Origin: Microthyrium microscopicum
Taxonomy: Eukaryota
Assembly (NCBI GenBank): GCA_010405405.1
Contig: MU004239.1
Span: forward strand, 1,240,001 to 1,304,000
Reading direction: 5' to 3'
DNA length: 64,000 nucleotides
Shown here: piece by piece, positions 63,357 to 64,000 of the stretch
How the letters are laid out: each line of letters starts with the position of its first letter
Position numbering within the stretch: the stretch's first letter is position 1
Made by a program: the position numbers and the translations under genes
Notes under the pieces: generated by a model
Told to the model about the DNA's origin: nothing
The model's database searches: none
What the model saw: the letters and a program-made list of their open reading frames with translations, nothing else

Positions 63357-64000
63357 GGCCAGGTGTTTGCTCGTGCTGCTGTAAGGAAATGTAAGGAAAA
63401 GGGTGTTGTAACTTGTAAAGCAAGTTGGCGACGTTAAGTCAGCGGTGAATATGGTCTACGCCTTGACGCGAAGAACCTCGCTAAGCTTGTTTCGGACGGA
63501 ACCCCTCAAGGCCTGTTATCTCGACAATCCTCAGTCTCTGCGCATTTATTCCCAACTATCCTTTTCTACTTGATTCTCTATATTCAAGCTTTCTTTATGC
63601 AAGTTGAAACTGTCCAAAAATTATCCAGTCTCAAATAGCTCAAATGGTGAAGTTGTTGGCTACTTGGGGAGATTCACCTTGAAGCTCGCTAAACTTGTTT
63701 GGGAAGCGCCCCCTCTTCGCGTCAATCTGTTCTCTATGTTCTATTCACAAATCACAATACACAACCCCAACTGTAATTCTTGTTATCAAAATAGCTTGCA
63801 GCCATCGGCGAATCGATAACACCTTGAGCAGATATTGCATAATTACGTCTTCACACCGATGTAAATTCAGCGCTGCTATGACATGGGCTTGCATCAAACT
63901 TTCATATTCCTACGCTGTACTCTGTAGTCCTTCTTACTCTTGTCAAACCGTGGCTGCCCGCCGTCGATATTCGGTTCCGGTCCACTGCATCTCCTACTAC

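Overview
Gene-dense genomic DNA from a filamentous ascomycete fungus (short GT-AG introns with CTRAC/CTRAT branch points, Zn2Cys6 factors, HET domain). About 22 protein-coding genes plus a kinase pseudogene and a weak orphan. A housekeeping backbone (SSU72, NBP2, MRS6, PNC1, PET127, RCF3-like, SmF, SPA2, importin-13/KAP122-like, FUN14, MNN2-family) is interrupted by accessory-looking genes: a C6 factor/carboxylesterase pair, a HET-ankyrin gene, a CBM18-transmembrane protein, a C2H2-like protein, a GH43, a BTB protein and a double-Zn2Cys6 protein. I saw no transposon, tRNA, rRNA or CRISPR array. The best signals missed by the ORF track are: two intronic box C/D snoRNAs (an snR62-like RNA in an MRS6 intron, and a three-guide RNA in the SSU72 5'-UTR intron complementary to 18S helix 18), a dsRBD-like domain in mitochondrial Pet127, a spliced hevein/CBM18 single-pass receptor-like protein, and a BED-like zinc finger fused to a TenA_E domain. 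Exon structures were read by hand. rRNA target sequences and numbering are recalled from S. cerevisiae and need checking.
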